Below are positions 51,953 to 62,971 of a stretch of DNA of 64,000 bases, in pieces. The notes beneath the pieces were generated by a model. The model saw only the letters and a list, made by a program, of their open reading frames with translations, was not told the origin of the DNA and made no database searches. The stretch covers positions 128,001 to 192,000 of the forward strand of contig CAVZRV010000035.1 in NCBI GenBank assembly GCA_963777605.1, in the 5' to 3' direction. Positions within the stretch are counted from its first letter, which is position 1, and the number at the start of each line of letters is the position of its first letter. Both the position numbers and the translations under genes were made by a program. The DNA is from an uncultured Acidobacteriota bacterium. Its GTDB lineage: Bacteria > Acidobacteriota > UBA6911 > RPQK01 > JAPXNP01.

Positions 51953-53217
51953 ATGAACTGGACAATTTCGCCCGCCGGAAAGCGGGCGCTGCTCATGCTG
52001 CTGCTCAATTGCTTTCTTTGCACGCTATCTTGGGGTGACGATCGTGAAGCCGAGCAAAGGTCTCGACCACTTCCACAACGGAAGAGCACCGCCCCTGGAA
52101 GGTGGGCTTCAACGATCGCCTTCTGCTGGAGACTCCCGTCCCGCCGGTGAAACTCGAGTTCGGTGCATTCTTGCAAACAGATTTCGCCGCCTTTTCGGGT
52201 GGAAATGGGTTCGAAACAGCCCAGGGAAGCCTGGAGAACAGTGCCGAGTGGCGAAAAGCGATGTTCTCCGTTGACGGAGATCTGAGCAGCAACGTGGGGT
52301 TCAAGTTCCAATACGACTTCGCAACCAAGTCGCCTCCTCAGCTCAAGGATGCTTACCTGGATTTTCCGATTTTCACCTGCCTTTCGAGTTCCGGGTCGGG
52401 CCGACTGCAAACGCCGATTGGACTGGAGGGCTACACGAGCGGACGGGACTCGACATTCCTCGAGCGGGGGCTGGCGAACGCGTTTCTGCCGTCCCGTAAC
52501 ACCGGCGTTGTCCTGTACGGGAGCTTCCCCGAGAGAACGGTTCGGTGGGTGTTCGCGTTAATCCAGAAGGAGGCCGACTTCCGGATTCCCAACTTCAACC
52601 GGTTCGGATTCTCGGGGAGGGTGGCACGACGCTTCACGCTGGGGGACGAGTCCTTCCTTCACCTGGGTTTCGACCTCGAACATCGCAAAGTTGATGACTA
52701 CATCCGGTTCCTCGAACGTCCCGAGTCACACCTCGCGCCGCAGTTCGTCGATACCGGCAACATTCCCGCCAATTCTGCCGACAACTGGATCCTGGAAAGC
52801 GCATTCGTGCGCGGTTCGATGACGGTGGAAGCCGAACTGGCGACGTCAGAAGTGAACGGGAGAGGACAGGTCGGCCAACCCGACGTGCGATTTCCCGGGT
52901 ACTCCGTATCGACGAGTTACCTGCTGACCGGGGAGCAGCGCCCCTACTCCGAGTCGGAGGCGCGTTTCACCCGGCTCCGCCCCCGGCACAAGGTCGGCGA
53001 CGAGGGCGGCATCGGTGCGTGGGAGGTCGGCATCCGCTACTCCCATCTCGACCTGACGGACCTCAACGTCAACGGAGGCGTGCTGACCGACGTGACCGGG
53101 GCCGTGAACTGGTACCTCAACGACTACTCCCGGATCATGTTCAACGTCGTCCGGGCCGAGCGCCTTGACATAGCCACCGTCTGGATCTACCAGACCCGCT
53201 TCCAGCTTGCATTTTGA
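51953..53217 (+). CDS. OprO/OprP-family porin (frameshift near 52085 separates the signal peptide)
   Basis: LKDAYL, TFLERGL, YLLTGE, GAWEVGIRYS and VNWYLN; ends in F. Confidence 0.82.
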
Positions 53218-54396
53218 CCGGGCGGATGACGTTCGCCGGCCTTCCTCACCTGGTAACGGGAGATCAGGGGCCCAATCGATTCGAAGATCACCGCTGTCGC
53301 CACAACCGGTGTGAGGAAGAAGTCTCCGAACGAAGGGAACTGTTGCTGCGCTATCAGAGCCAGTCCCATGGCGATGCTCGCCTGGGGGAAGAGACACCAC
53401 CCGGCTCGCCTGCGAACCTGTGGAGGCGCTCCTGCGGCAAGCGGCTCCGAGGTAAGCACCCAGGAGTTTTCCACCTCCCCGGAACACCATGTAGACGACT
53501 CCGACCAGACCGATGGACCCGAGCGTGACAAACTGGAACCGAAATCCGGCCAGCAGGAAAAAGACTGCCAGGAAGGGCTCGGCCACACTTTCCAGCGCCC
53601 GAAACGACCGCAACGGATCGTCCGAGATCCTCGTCAGCGTAATTCCGAGAAACATTGCCGCAAGCAGGTAGGAAACTCCCATGACGGTGGCAATGCCGGT
53701 AACGAGCAGGACGAAGCCGCCGGTCAGGACCAACGCCGGATCACTGCGCTTCACCCGATGGGCAACCCAGGACATCGGGAAAGCCATGACCACACCGAGA
53801 ACCGCCCCGCCCAGAGTTCTCCACAAGCCACCACCGATTTCGTAGAGTGGGTGCCCGGTTCCGAGGTAGCTCTGAACCATTGAAACGGCGACACTGAACA
53901 GGAGTATTCCCCAGGCGTCGTCCAGTACCACCGACCCCAGGACAGTGTCACTGAGCGGCCCGCGTGCGCCCGATTGGCGCATCGTCTCGAACACTGCCGT
54001 CGGGGCAGAAACCGGGGCGATCCCCGCAAGGATGATCGCTACCGGCAATTCGGCCCCGCACAAAACGAGCGCCAGGAAAACCATCAACGCGGCGGCTGTC
54101 GCCTCTCCAATGGATACCGACAGGACTACCCGGCCTCGTTTCAGGAGATTCTCACCCGTGAAACGCGCACCGAGCAGAAAGCCCACCATGGCTAGCGAAA
54201 CATGGCCAGTGAGCGGAAACCAGTCAGAGACTCCTTCCGGGATGAGTCCCAGAAAGTCAGGACCGCACGCCGCTCCGATGACGATCAGAAAGGTCACCCT
54301 GGGCAGGCCGATCCGGGGAGCCACGGCGTAGCCCGAGTAGCCCACCAGGAGAAAAGCTCCCAGCACGACGAGGTTCCAACCCGTATTCGAATCCAT
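53187..54396 (-). CDS. Cation:proton antiporter (frameshift near 53443)
   Basis: Multiple TM helices, SAPTA and VVLDDAWG; C-terminus PQASIAMGLAL...FESIGP in a second frame. Confidence 0.85.
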
Positions 54397-54403
54397 GCAT
54401 TCC

Positions 54404-57217
54404 TCAGCGAACGGCTACCAGGACATCGGCCGGAAGCCGTCCCAGGGCGTCCGCCACACTGAGGTGCAGGCCGCTTTCGCCGCGGTCCGCACGCACTTCC
54501 CTGCCGGTCATCCACGATCGCCATCGCGCCACCCCAGAAGGCGCACGGAGTGGAATCCGGGTGTCTCCCCATTTGGACTTCAGCGATGCAGGGGGAGGCG
54601 AATCACACGGTCCCGCCGCAAACCGGGAGGCAATAACGAGAACGGTTTCCTCGTCATCCGAACGGGTGAAAGCGAGAACAGCCCCGGCAAGTCGCCCTTC
54701 GATGGAGAGACCAGTGTAGCTCCCCGAGTCAAATACCGCGGCATATCGCCGGCGCAAATGGAGTAGTTTCCAGACGGTGAAAACCTTGATCCTCGGGTCT
54801 TCCGGCGTGCGAATTAGCTCGTCGACAAATTCCGCCTCCGACTGCTCGGATCGTTCGATGACCTCATCGAGAAGCCGACGGCGAAGCTCGTAGTCCACCG
54901 GTCGGCGATTGTCCGGGTCCACCAGAACGAAATTCCACAACTCGTCTCCCTGGTAGATGTCCGGTCCTCCCGGACTGGTGAACTGCAGGACGATCTTGGA
55001 CAACGCGTTCCAGAATCCACCGGGAGCCATTTCGGAGACCAGGCCAGTTACTCCCTTCAGAAAGGCAGCACTCTTCTCCCGGTCCAGGGCGGCACGAACA
55101 AATCTGATCAGGGCGTCCTCATAGGCTCCGTTGGGATGAACCCAGCTGGTCCGGCGCTTGGATTCCCTGACCGCCTTGATCATGTACTCCTCGACTCTCT
55201 CGACCAACGTGCCGGACTGTTCGATTTCGGTCGCGGCATCCGCCGGCCAGAGGGCGACGAGAATCTGGTAAAAGAGGTACTCCGCCACGGGATCAGGCGC
55301 CAGGCGCCCTCCGACCTTGGTCAGCAGTCGCCGGTTCCGGCGATGCCAGCTCCGGACCATCTCCAGCCAGCGATCGGGGATCTGGGAGAGGACGTCGAGC
55401 CGGGACCGGACGTCGCTGCTCCGCTTCGTATCGTGTGTCGTCGCAGCCAGGAGGGCACGCGGGAGGCGCTCTTGGCGATCCTGGTTCTCCTGGTGAAAGA
55501 GGCTTGCCGAATCGGTCGCGACCATTTCGACCGTCCCGCCCACCTCGTTCAGGGAGACCAGCGGAACGTAGAGATAAAGCGCAGTGTCCTCAATGCCCTT
55601 GGCAGCAGCAGGGCCGGTCAACTGCTGGAAACGGGCAACGAAATTCGCCGCCTCTCCGGAGTGGACACCCTCCAACTCCGAATTCAGAAGAACCATCAGG
55701 AGCAGCTGGAGGGCCCTAGCGTCCACGCGTCTCGAGGCACCAGCCTGGGAGGCTGCCTTCCGAATGACCTGCTCATCCCAGGCTTCGCGAGATTCCCCGT
55801 CCAGGTAGGTTCGGTAAACCGGGAGTGCCACGGCAAACTCGCGTACAGCGGTGTTGAGTCGAACCTGGTCGAGGTCGGAATACTCCGGGAGCTGGCGGGC
55901 AATACGCATCAGGATTGCACCCAGCCTGCCCACTAGTGCCGAGAGGTCCAGGCGTAAAGCGCGCCTCTTTCCCCAGATCTCCAGTTCGGCGAGCGACTCC
56001 GAATGGCGAACCAGCTGCCGGTACCCATGCTCGATCTTCCTGAGTCCTTCCGGGCAAACGAAGAGTTGCTCCGCCCGGTTCAGAAACTCGTAGCCCGTCG
56101 TTCCGTCAACGGGCCAGGGTTCCGGCAGCGGCTCTCCCGATGCAAGGATCTTCTCAATGAACAGCAGCATCCGTTCGCCGCCCAGTTGCCTGAGGCTCCG
56201 GAGGTATTCGAGCGGATTGCGCAGGCCGTCAATGTGATCGACCCGAACCCCGTCAATGAGGCCGTCCGCAAGCCACTGGGCCACCAGTTGATGGGTCTCG
56301 GAGAACACCTCCGGATCTTCCTGGCGAACGGCTATCAGATCGTTGATGTCAAAGAACCGGCGATAATTGAGGATCCTCGCTCCCTGCCGCCAGTACGCCA
56401 GCCGGTAGGGCTGCCGGTCGAGGAGTGCCTTCATCCGGTAACTCGCACCCTCCCCCTCGCAGTACCGACTGGCCGCATCCTCAACCCAGGCGCGCCGGCG
56501 TGGCGAACTCTCGACAATCTGCGCAAGCCGGGCAAGCCTGTCCTCGACTTGCTGTCGGGGCAGGACGACGTGCCGTCGGACCCGGCTGGCGATCTGCGGG
56601 AGGGAGTGGAGGAAGCTGAAGATCTCCTCGATTTCGCTACGTAGTTCCCCAAGTTCCGGAGCGTCCAGCACAGGCTCGAGGATGAGATGAACGGTCGAGG
56701 GATCGATCGGGAATCGATGCTCGTAGTAGTTGAGGCAGAACCGCCCATCGCACCAACTCAGGCGGAGTTCTCCCTCTTCCACGACAGGGCCGATCGGGCT
56801 TCCGAGGATAGGAATAACCACCCGCCCCCAAAACTCCGGGTCCGGCAATCGCCAGTCAATATCGAACCATCTCGAATACGGAGAGCCGGGCCCGTAAGTC
56901 AACACGTCCATCCAGTAGGGGTTCTCGCTGCACGCCGCCATGTGATTGGGAACAATGTCCACGATCAGCCCGATCCCGTAGGAGCGCAAAGTCGAAATGA
57001 GGCTGAGAAAGGCGCTGTGGCCTCCGAGTTCGGGATTGACGGACCGGGGATCCACTACATCGTAGCCATGGGTGCTGCCCGAACGGGCGCGCAATACCGG
57101 GGAGCTGTAGAGGTGAGTGACCCCCAGCCGGCTCAGGTAAGGAACCAGTTGTTGTGCGTCATCGAAAGTGAACTCGGCGCTGAACTGGACACGATAGGTA
57201 CTCAGGGGGGCGCTCAC
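54404..57217 (-). CDS. treY: Malto-oligosyltrehalose synthase
   Basis: STYRVQF, GSTHGYDVVD, DIVPNHM, RVDHIDGL, THDTKRS and LVDPDNRRPVDY. Confidence 0.96.
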   Translation of the reverse strand: MSAPLSTYRVQFSAEFTFDDAQQLVPYLSRLGVTHLYSSPVLRARSGSTHGYDVVDPRSVNPELGGHSAFLSLISTLRSYGIGLIVDIVPNHMAACSENPYWMDVLTYGPGSPYSRWFDIDWRLPDPEFWGRVVIPILGSPIGPVVEEGELRLSWCDGRFCLNYYEHRFPIDPSTVHLILEPVLDAPELGELRSEIEEIFSFLHSLPQIASRVRRHVVLPRQQVEDRLARLAQIVESSPRRRAWVEDAASRYCEGEGASYRMKALLDRQPYRLAYWRQGARILNYRRFFDINDLIAVRQEDPEVFSETHQLVAQWLADGLIDGVRVDHIDGLRNPLEYLRSLRQLGGERMLLFIEKILASGEPLPEPWPVDGTTGYEFLNRAEQLFVCPEGLRKIEHGYRQLVRHSESLAELEIWGKRRALRLDLSALVGRLGAILMRIARQLPEYSDLDQVRLNTAVREFAVALPVYRTYLDGESREAWDEQVIRKAASQAGASRRVDARALQLLLMVLLNSELEGVHSGEAANFVARFQQLTGPAAAKGIEDTALYLYVPLVSLNEVGGTVEMVATDSASLFHQENQDRQERLPRALLAATTHDTKRSSDVRSRLDVLSQIPDRWLEMVRSWHRRNRRLLTKVGGRLAPDPVAEYLFYQILVALWPADAATEIEQSGTLVERVEEYMIKAVRESKRRTSWVHPNGAYEDALIRFVRAALDREKSAAFLKGVTGLVSEMAPGGFWNALSKIVLQFTSPGGPDIYQGDELWNFVLVDPDNRRPVDYELRRRLLDEVIERSEQSEAEFVDELIRTPEDPRIKVFTVWKLLHLRRRYAAVFDSGSYTGLSIEGRLAGAVLAFTRSDDEETVLVIASRFAAGPCDSPPPASLKSKWGDTRIPLRAPSGVARWRSWMTGREVRADRGESGLHLSVADALGRLPADVLVAVR

Positions 57218-57226
57218 AGCTGCCTC

Positions 57227-59630
57227 CTACGGGACGTTGACAGAGAGTTGACCGGCGATCCGGGAGAGGGTCCGATTCCAGGCCCCGCCTTGGTCATCGT
57301 CGAGAACTCCCCGGCCGGATCATTGCGAACACCACGTTCTGGGCCAGGGAAAGATCAACCTCGAAGGGAAGCATCAATGCCACTTCCACGACATTCTGAA
57401 GCCGTGCCAGGCACTCCTCGTCCCGAGGAGACTCGTGAACGAGGTTCACTTTGTCCCAAAGCCGCTGTTTCACCGCATAGCTCAAACCCTCCCGGTCGAG
57501 TTCGATGTGCCAGCGATCGGCAGTCTGGAGCCACGACCGGATCGACGCCAGGTTCAGCTCCTCTTCACCCATAGCGTCTCGAAGATCTGCCGAAAGGACC
57601 ACTTTGGCAGCAGTCTGGAATGCCTCCGGGATAGGCGTCCCAAGTTCGGCGAGAAAGTTCATCAACGGCCCGTGACGGTCGATCAGGTGACGGTAGGAGG
57701 CTTCTGCCTCCTCCAGAGTCGCGTCCAGGATCAGGTCGAGGATCTTCCTCTGTTCGTCCCTAAAGAGGGTGTTCAGGGAATACCGTTGCTGGACAAAATT
57801 GGAGTCGAGTTTGCGAAGCGTTGCCGCAACGTCGGCCCGGGAGAACGCCTGTTCGAGGTCGTTGTCCATCTTCAGGTATCCGCCCTGTCCCTGAAACGCC
57901 CGCACTCCCCCGAACAGGTTGTGATCGCCCAGGTGAACACAGGCAAAACTCAGCGCCGCCGACTCCAGGGTGATCTTTGACGAGAACGTTCCCCAGCCGG
58001 TCACGAGACGGAATCGGCCTGACTCGCGGACGTGATAGCTCTCCAGGTTCACTGTGAAGGCGTAAATCTCAGTCTGCTTCTCGTAATCCTCGAAAAGGGA
58101 ACTGGCCGCGAAATGAGCCGCGACCTTGGGAAGCCCTACCCGAGACGGCCGCACCCACTTCTCGTAGACCTTCCGTCCATCCCTGTGTTCGGGCAGGTTG
58201 CTCTTGGCCAGCTCCAATTTCTCGAGAAACGTTCCCTCGATTCCGCTCGACTCAGTCAATTCATGAGCCAACTGGACGGCTCTGCCGGCATATTGGATCA
58301 CCTGTACAGTCTCGATTCCCGAAAGTTCGTCGAAGAACCACCCACAACTCGTGTACATGAGCATAGCGTGTCGCTGAAGCTCGAGCCACTTCAGGGTCCG
58401 GACGCGCTCCGGCGATTCGAGCTCCTGCTTCTGGTGGGTCGAGAAAAACTCGTCAACGTTTTCCCGGGAACCGGAATAAACCAGACCGATGTAGTCGTCT
58501 CGAGCCTGCCAGGGATCGGAAAGTGTCCGCGCCGCTTCTTCTTCATAGACCGGGGCGAGCTCGTCGCGGAGCCAGTCCAGAGCGGCCCGCAAGGGACCAC
58601 GCCAGGCCTGGTTCCAACCCTGCCGTCCGCTGTTGCAGCCACAGTCGGACCGCCATCGTTCGATTCCGTGGACGCAACTCCAGGACGAGTTCTCGATGAT
58701 TCGGACCTCCGGGAGTTCCTCGAAGTTGTCGAGGAACTCGGCATAGTTAGTCAACTCGACTCCATCCTGGTCCTCGATGGTCTGAAGGGCGTAGGCCAAA
58801 CTCATTTCCCCGTGACGGTGATGGTGCCCGAAGGTTTCGCCATCGGTTGCGACGTGAGCCAGTTCCGGAACTCCGGGTGACTTCGAAAGCAGCCCCAGGA
58901 GACGCTTGGCCAAGTCCTCACCCCTGGACAACAGGCCCTCAAAGGCGATCGCCTGGGACACCGGCCCGTCATAGAAGAAGAGGGCAATCTCGCGTCCCGA
59001 AGGCAACTTCTGACGGTAGGGTACCTTTGGATTGATGCGGGCCCCGGCCACCTCCCGCCATTCCCGGTCGCCGATTTCCCTTACTGAATCGGCCTGGTGC
59101 GGAGACAGCACGGTGAAGCGGATCCCGGCGTCAGCGAGCAGGTCGAGAGTTTCCAGGTCAACTGCCGCCTCTGACAGCCACATTCCTTCCGGATCTCGTC
59201 CGTACCGCTGCCTGAAATCCTCAACTCCCCATCGGATCTGGGTGACCTTATCGCGGCGGTTGGCCAGAGGCATGATGATGTGATTGAAGACCTGGGCCAT
59301 CGCCGAACCGTGCCCCGAAAACCGTTCGCGGCTCGTGCGGTCGGCCTCAAGAACTGCCTGGTACACGTCCCCGGCATATTTCTCCATCCAACCCAGCAGC
59401 GTTGGTCCGAAATTGAAGCTGATACGCGAGTAGTTGTTCAGGATCGACGCAATTCTGGCCTGCCCGTCCAGGATGCGTGCAGTCGAGTTGGGCCGGTAAC
59501 ACTCCGCGGTGATCCGGTCGTTCCAGTCGTGATAGGGATAGGCCGAGTCCTGCAGTTCGATTGCCTCGAGCCAGGGATTCTCTCGGGGAGGTTGATAGAA
59601 ATGCCCGTGAATGCATACGAAACGTTTCAA
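57227..59630 (-). CDS. GH57 glycoside hydrolase with DUF3536 (frameshift near 57310)
   Basis: CIHGHFYQPPRENPW, TDGETFGHHH, SWSCVHGIERW and MYTSCGWFFDE; C-terminus WNRTLSRIAGQLSVNVP* in a shifted frame. Confidence 0.92.
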
Positions 59631-59632
59631 AG

Positions 59633-61600
59633 TCAGGAAACCCGTTCCTTTCTGAGGACGGTTACCGAGCGGGGCGGCAATTGCCACCCGGTGCCCTCCT
59701 CCATTGGACCATCGCCATTCCGAAGATGACGTCCGCCTGAATCCTTCTGCGTGGAGGAGTCCAGGATTACCTGCCAGTTCTCACCTCGCAACGGGTTCGG
59801 GATGGCCACCATTTCCGGCAGGATGTTGAAGACCGCGAGGAGTGTTTCCGTGTCAACCCAGATCCGGAAACTCATCACCGCATCTTCCAGCAAGACTCGG
59901 GTTTCGGTCTGCTCACGGGTTGCAAAGCGATAGGCGGGACTGGTTCTCCGGATCCTGATCAGTTCGCGGTAGAACTCCCGCAGGTCCCGATGCCGCGGTT
60001 CGTCGCGAAGGTGATGATTCAGCTTTGCCCTTTCGAAAGTCTCTTCCGACTGCGGGTCGGGAATTTCTCCCTCCCACTGAAAATGGGCAAATTCGTTCTT
60101 CCTGCCCTCGCGCACGGCCGCCACCAGGTCGGGGTCGCCATGGCTCACAAAATACTGAAATGGAGACGTTTCCCCGTATTCCTCGCCCATAAAAAGGAGC
60201 GGTTGGTAAGGAGATAGGAGGACCAGGGCGGCAGCGAGCCTGGGGACGGCGGGGTCATCCAGTAACCCGGTCAGGCGTTCACCCAACATCCGGTTACCCA
60301 CCTGGTCATGATTCTGACTGCACACCACGATTCGCCGAGGGTCCAGGTGACGCGCCGAATTTCCGTGCCGGCGGCGGCGAAAGCGTGAGTACTGTCCCTC
60401 GTAGACAAATCCGTGCCGGTAGGCTTTGACCAGATCGGAAAAGCCTTCGAAGTCCTGGTAATAGCCATCCTTCTCTCCGGTCAGGGTGCGGTGAATCGCG
60501 TGGTGGAGGTCGTCGCACCACTGGGCGTCGATGCCCCATCCACCCGAATCAGCGGATTGGAGGATCCTGGAGTCGTTGAGACTGCTCTCGGCAATCGTGT
60601 ACGCGGATCTGCCGAGGCGTTCCCCTTCGATTGAAACCGCAGTCGCCAGTTCCTGGAAAAACGGCTTTGCCGAGAAGTCGTAGACTGCATGGACGGCATC
60701 GAGTCGGAGAGCGTCGATGTGGAACTCGCGGATCCAGTAGACAGCGTTCTCGACAAACAGGCGCCTGACTTCGTCACTGTCTGGGCCGTCGAAGTTGACC
60801 GCTTCTCCCCAAGGCGTCCGGTATCGGTCGGTAAAGTACGGACCGAAATTGGCCAGGTAGTTTCCTTCCGGCCCGAGATGGTTGTAGACCACGTCCAGAA
60901 TGACCGCCAGACCCTTCCGGTGACACGCATCGACCAGTTTTCTGAGCCCGGCGGGTCCACCATAACTGTTCTGGACTGCAAAGGGATGGACCCCGTCGTA
61001 GCCCCAGTTTCGGGAGCCGGGGAATTGCGCGACCGGCATCAGTTCGAGGGCCGTGACTCCGAGATCGTTGAAATCGTCCAGGAACGGAATGATCCCTTCG
61101 AAGGTGCCTTCCCTCGAAAAAGTCCCCACGTGAATTTCACAGGTGAGATAGTCTGCCAGCGCGATTCCCGCCCACGAGGAGTCGGTCCACGGAAACGACG
61201 GATCGACAACCGCGGAGGCCCGGTGGACACCGTCCGGCTGATAGCGTGAAGCCGGGTCGGGGAACTCATTCTCTCCGTCCAGTCGGTAGAAATAGCGGGT
61301 TCCCGGCTCGATTCCTCCCACCTGCGCCTCGAAGTAGCCTCTCCCGTGCGGAACCAGCGGAACCAGGCGATCCCGGGGAGACACGACGTGCACCTCAACC
61401 CGGTTCGCCCGCGGGGACCAGACCTCGAATCGACATTCTCCGGAACCCAGATATTGAGCGCCCAGGCTCAGTCCCCGGGTCGGATGGGCGACCGGCTCAT
61501 TCGGCCGTTGCGCCTTTAATTGCATTGCACCTGCTTTCGTCACTTCTGCCGTCGCCGCGGCCCGTTCGCTGCCGCCGAACCAGCCGGCGACGCCGTTCAA
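59633..61600 (-). CDS. treZ: Malto-oligosyltrehalose trehalohydrolase (start may be 61525)
   Basis: DPASRYQPDGVH, RNWGYDGV, DVVYNHLGPEGNY, LRLDAVHA and QNHDQVGNR. Confidence 0.96.
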   Translation of the reverse strand: MNGVAGWFGGSERAAATAEVTKAGAMQLKAQRPNEPVAHPTRGLSLGAQYLGSGECRFEVWSPRANRVEVHVVSPRDRLVPLVPHGRGYFEAQVGGIEPGTRYFYRLDGENEFPDPASRYQPDGVHRASAVVDPSFPWTDSSWAGIALADYLTCEIHVGTFSREGTFEGIIPFLDDFNDLGVTALELMPVAQFPGSRNWGYDGVHPFAVQNSYGGPAGLRKLVDACHRKGLAVILDVVYNHLGPEGNYLANFGPYFTDRYRTPWGEAVNFDGPDSDEVRRLFVENAVYWIREFHIDALRLDAVHAVYDFSAKPFFQELATAVSIEGERLGRSAYTIAESSLNDSRILQSADSGGWGIDAQWCDDLHHAIHRTLTGEKDGYYQDFEGFSDLVKAYRHGFVYEGQYSRFRRRRHGNSARHLDPRRIVVCSQNHDQVGNRMLGERLTGLLDDPAVPRLAAALVLLSPYQPLLFMGEEYGETSPFQYFVSHGDPDLVAAVREGRKNEFAHFQWEGEIPDPQSEETFERAKLNHHLRDEPRHRDLREFYRELIRIRRTSPAYRFATREQTETRVLLEDAVMSFRIWVDTETLLAVFNILPEMVAIPNPLRGENWQVILDSSTQKDSGGRHLRNGDGPMEEGTGWQLPPRSVTVLRKERVS

Positions 61601-61624
61601 TGAAATCCGTTCTGCTTTCTAAAG

Positions 61625-62971
61625 TTATATCAGATCGGAGTTTGCGGACCGGGATTGCCAAAACCAGTATGCAGGAAGTCCGGTCAGGATGACGGCAATT
61701 CCCAAGATGACCCGGATGAAATCGTTGAATACGCTGTTGGCCACCAGGGCGGCGGCAGCGACGGCGAAGATGAGAGGAACAACCGGATACCCCCAGGCTC
61801 GGTAAGGCCGGTCGAGTTCAGGTCGGCGAATTCGCAGGACGATCACTCCCGCGGCCCCGAGTCCGTAGAAGACCCAACTGACGAAAATGACGTAGTTGAA
61901 GAGCTGTTCGAAAGTGCCGATGAGCGTCAGCAGAGATGCCATTACGCCGGTGAGAACAATTGCCACGCTGGGCACTTGAAAGCGGGGGTGGACGAAGGTC
62001 ACCGCTCGAAAGAACAGTCCCTGCCTTGCCATGGCATACGGCACCCGGGGTCCGGCCAGGATGTTGCTGTTCATCGCCCCGGATATCGAGAGGAGGATCG
62101 CTCCGGCCACAAGACTCCCCCCGATCGGTCCCAGCGCCTTCTCCATGGCGTCCCCGGCAACGCTGGCCGAAGAGGCAATCTCCTGGAGCGTCAGAACCCT
62201 GAAGTAGGCGACGTTGACGACAAGGTAGAGTCCGATGACCACAAGCGTTCCGCCCAGCAGGCCACGCGTCAGGTTGCGCCGGGGTTCGTGGACTTCTCCC
62301 GCAGCGAAGGTCACAAGGTGCCAACCGTCATAGGACCAGAGCACCGCAATCATGGCCAATCCGATGGCGCTGAGCGAAGGAAAGGTGAACGAAGCGGTCT
62401 CCGGGGCCGGCATCGAGGTACCACCTCCCGGCATGAAGAAGAGCACGGAAGCGATGGCCAACAGCGAGCCTATCTTCGCGCAGGTCAACAGGTTCTGAAC
62501 CACCGCACCGAAGTGGATTCCACGGTAATTGAAGGTCACAAGGAGCGCAATCAAAGCGATTGCCACCGCCTTGCTCAGTCCCGGAGGCCAGTGGGCAAGG
62601 TAGCTCAGGTAGATGGCAAAGGCGTTGGCCAGCGTGGCAATGGCACCCGGTATGATGACCAGGAATGCGCACCACCCGTAGAGAAAAGCGGGGAGTCGTC
62701 CGTAGGCCTCATCGAGAAATACATAAATTCCGCCCGCCTCGGGAAACGCCGAGCCCAGTTCGGCAAAGGAAACCGCACCGCAGAAGGTCAGGACTCCCCC
62801 GGCAATCCAGACCAGGAAGACGGCACGTACATCGCCCAGCACTTGAGCGATCGATCCGGGCGTCAGGAAAATCCCCGAGCCGATTATGGCTCCTATAACC
62901 AGAAGGGCACAGTCCAGCCCTCCCAGGGCCCGCTTGAGCGGTTTTCCAGTCCGCCGGTTAGAACGCGCCAC
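61625..62971 (-). CDS. APC-family amino acid permease
   Basis: IIGSGIF, FAELGSAFPEAGG, SYDGW, PRRNL and RPYRAWGYP. Confidence 0.93.
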   Translation of the reverse strand: MARSNRRTGKPLKRALGGLDCALLVIGAIIGSGIFLTPGSIAQVLGDVRAVFLVWIAGGVLTFCGAVSFAELGSAFPEAGGIYVFLDEAYGRLPAFLYGWCAFLVIIPGAIATLANAFAIYLSYLAHWPPGLSKAVAIALIALLVTFNYRGIHFGAVVQNLLTCAKIGSLLAIASVLFFMPGGGTSMPAPETASFTFPSLSAIGLAMIAVLWSYDGWHLVTFAAGEVHEPRRNLTRGLLGGTLVVIGLYLVVNVAYFRVLTLQEIASSASVAGDAMEKALGPIGGSLVAGAILLSISGAMNSNILAGPRVPYAMARQGLFFRAVTFVHPRFQVPSVAIVLTGVMASLLTLIGTFEQLFNYVIFVSWVFYGLGAAGVIVLRIRRPELDRPYRAWGYPVVPLIFAVAAAALVANSVFNDFIRVILGIAVILTGLPAYWFWQSRSANSDLI

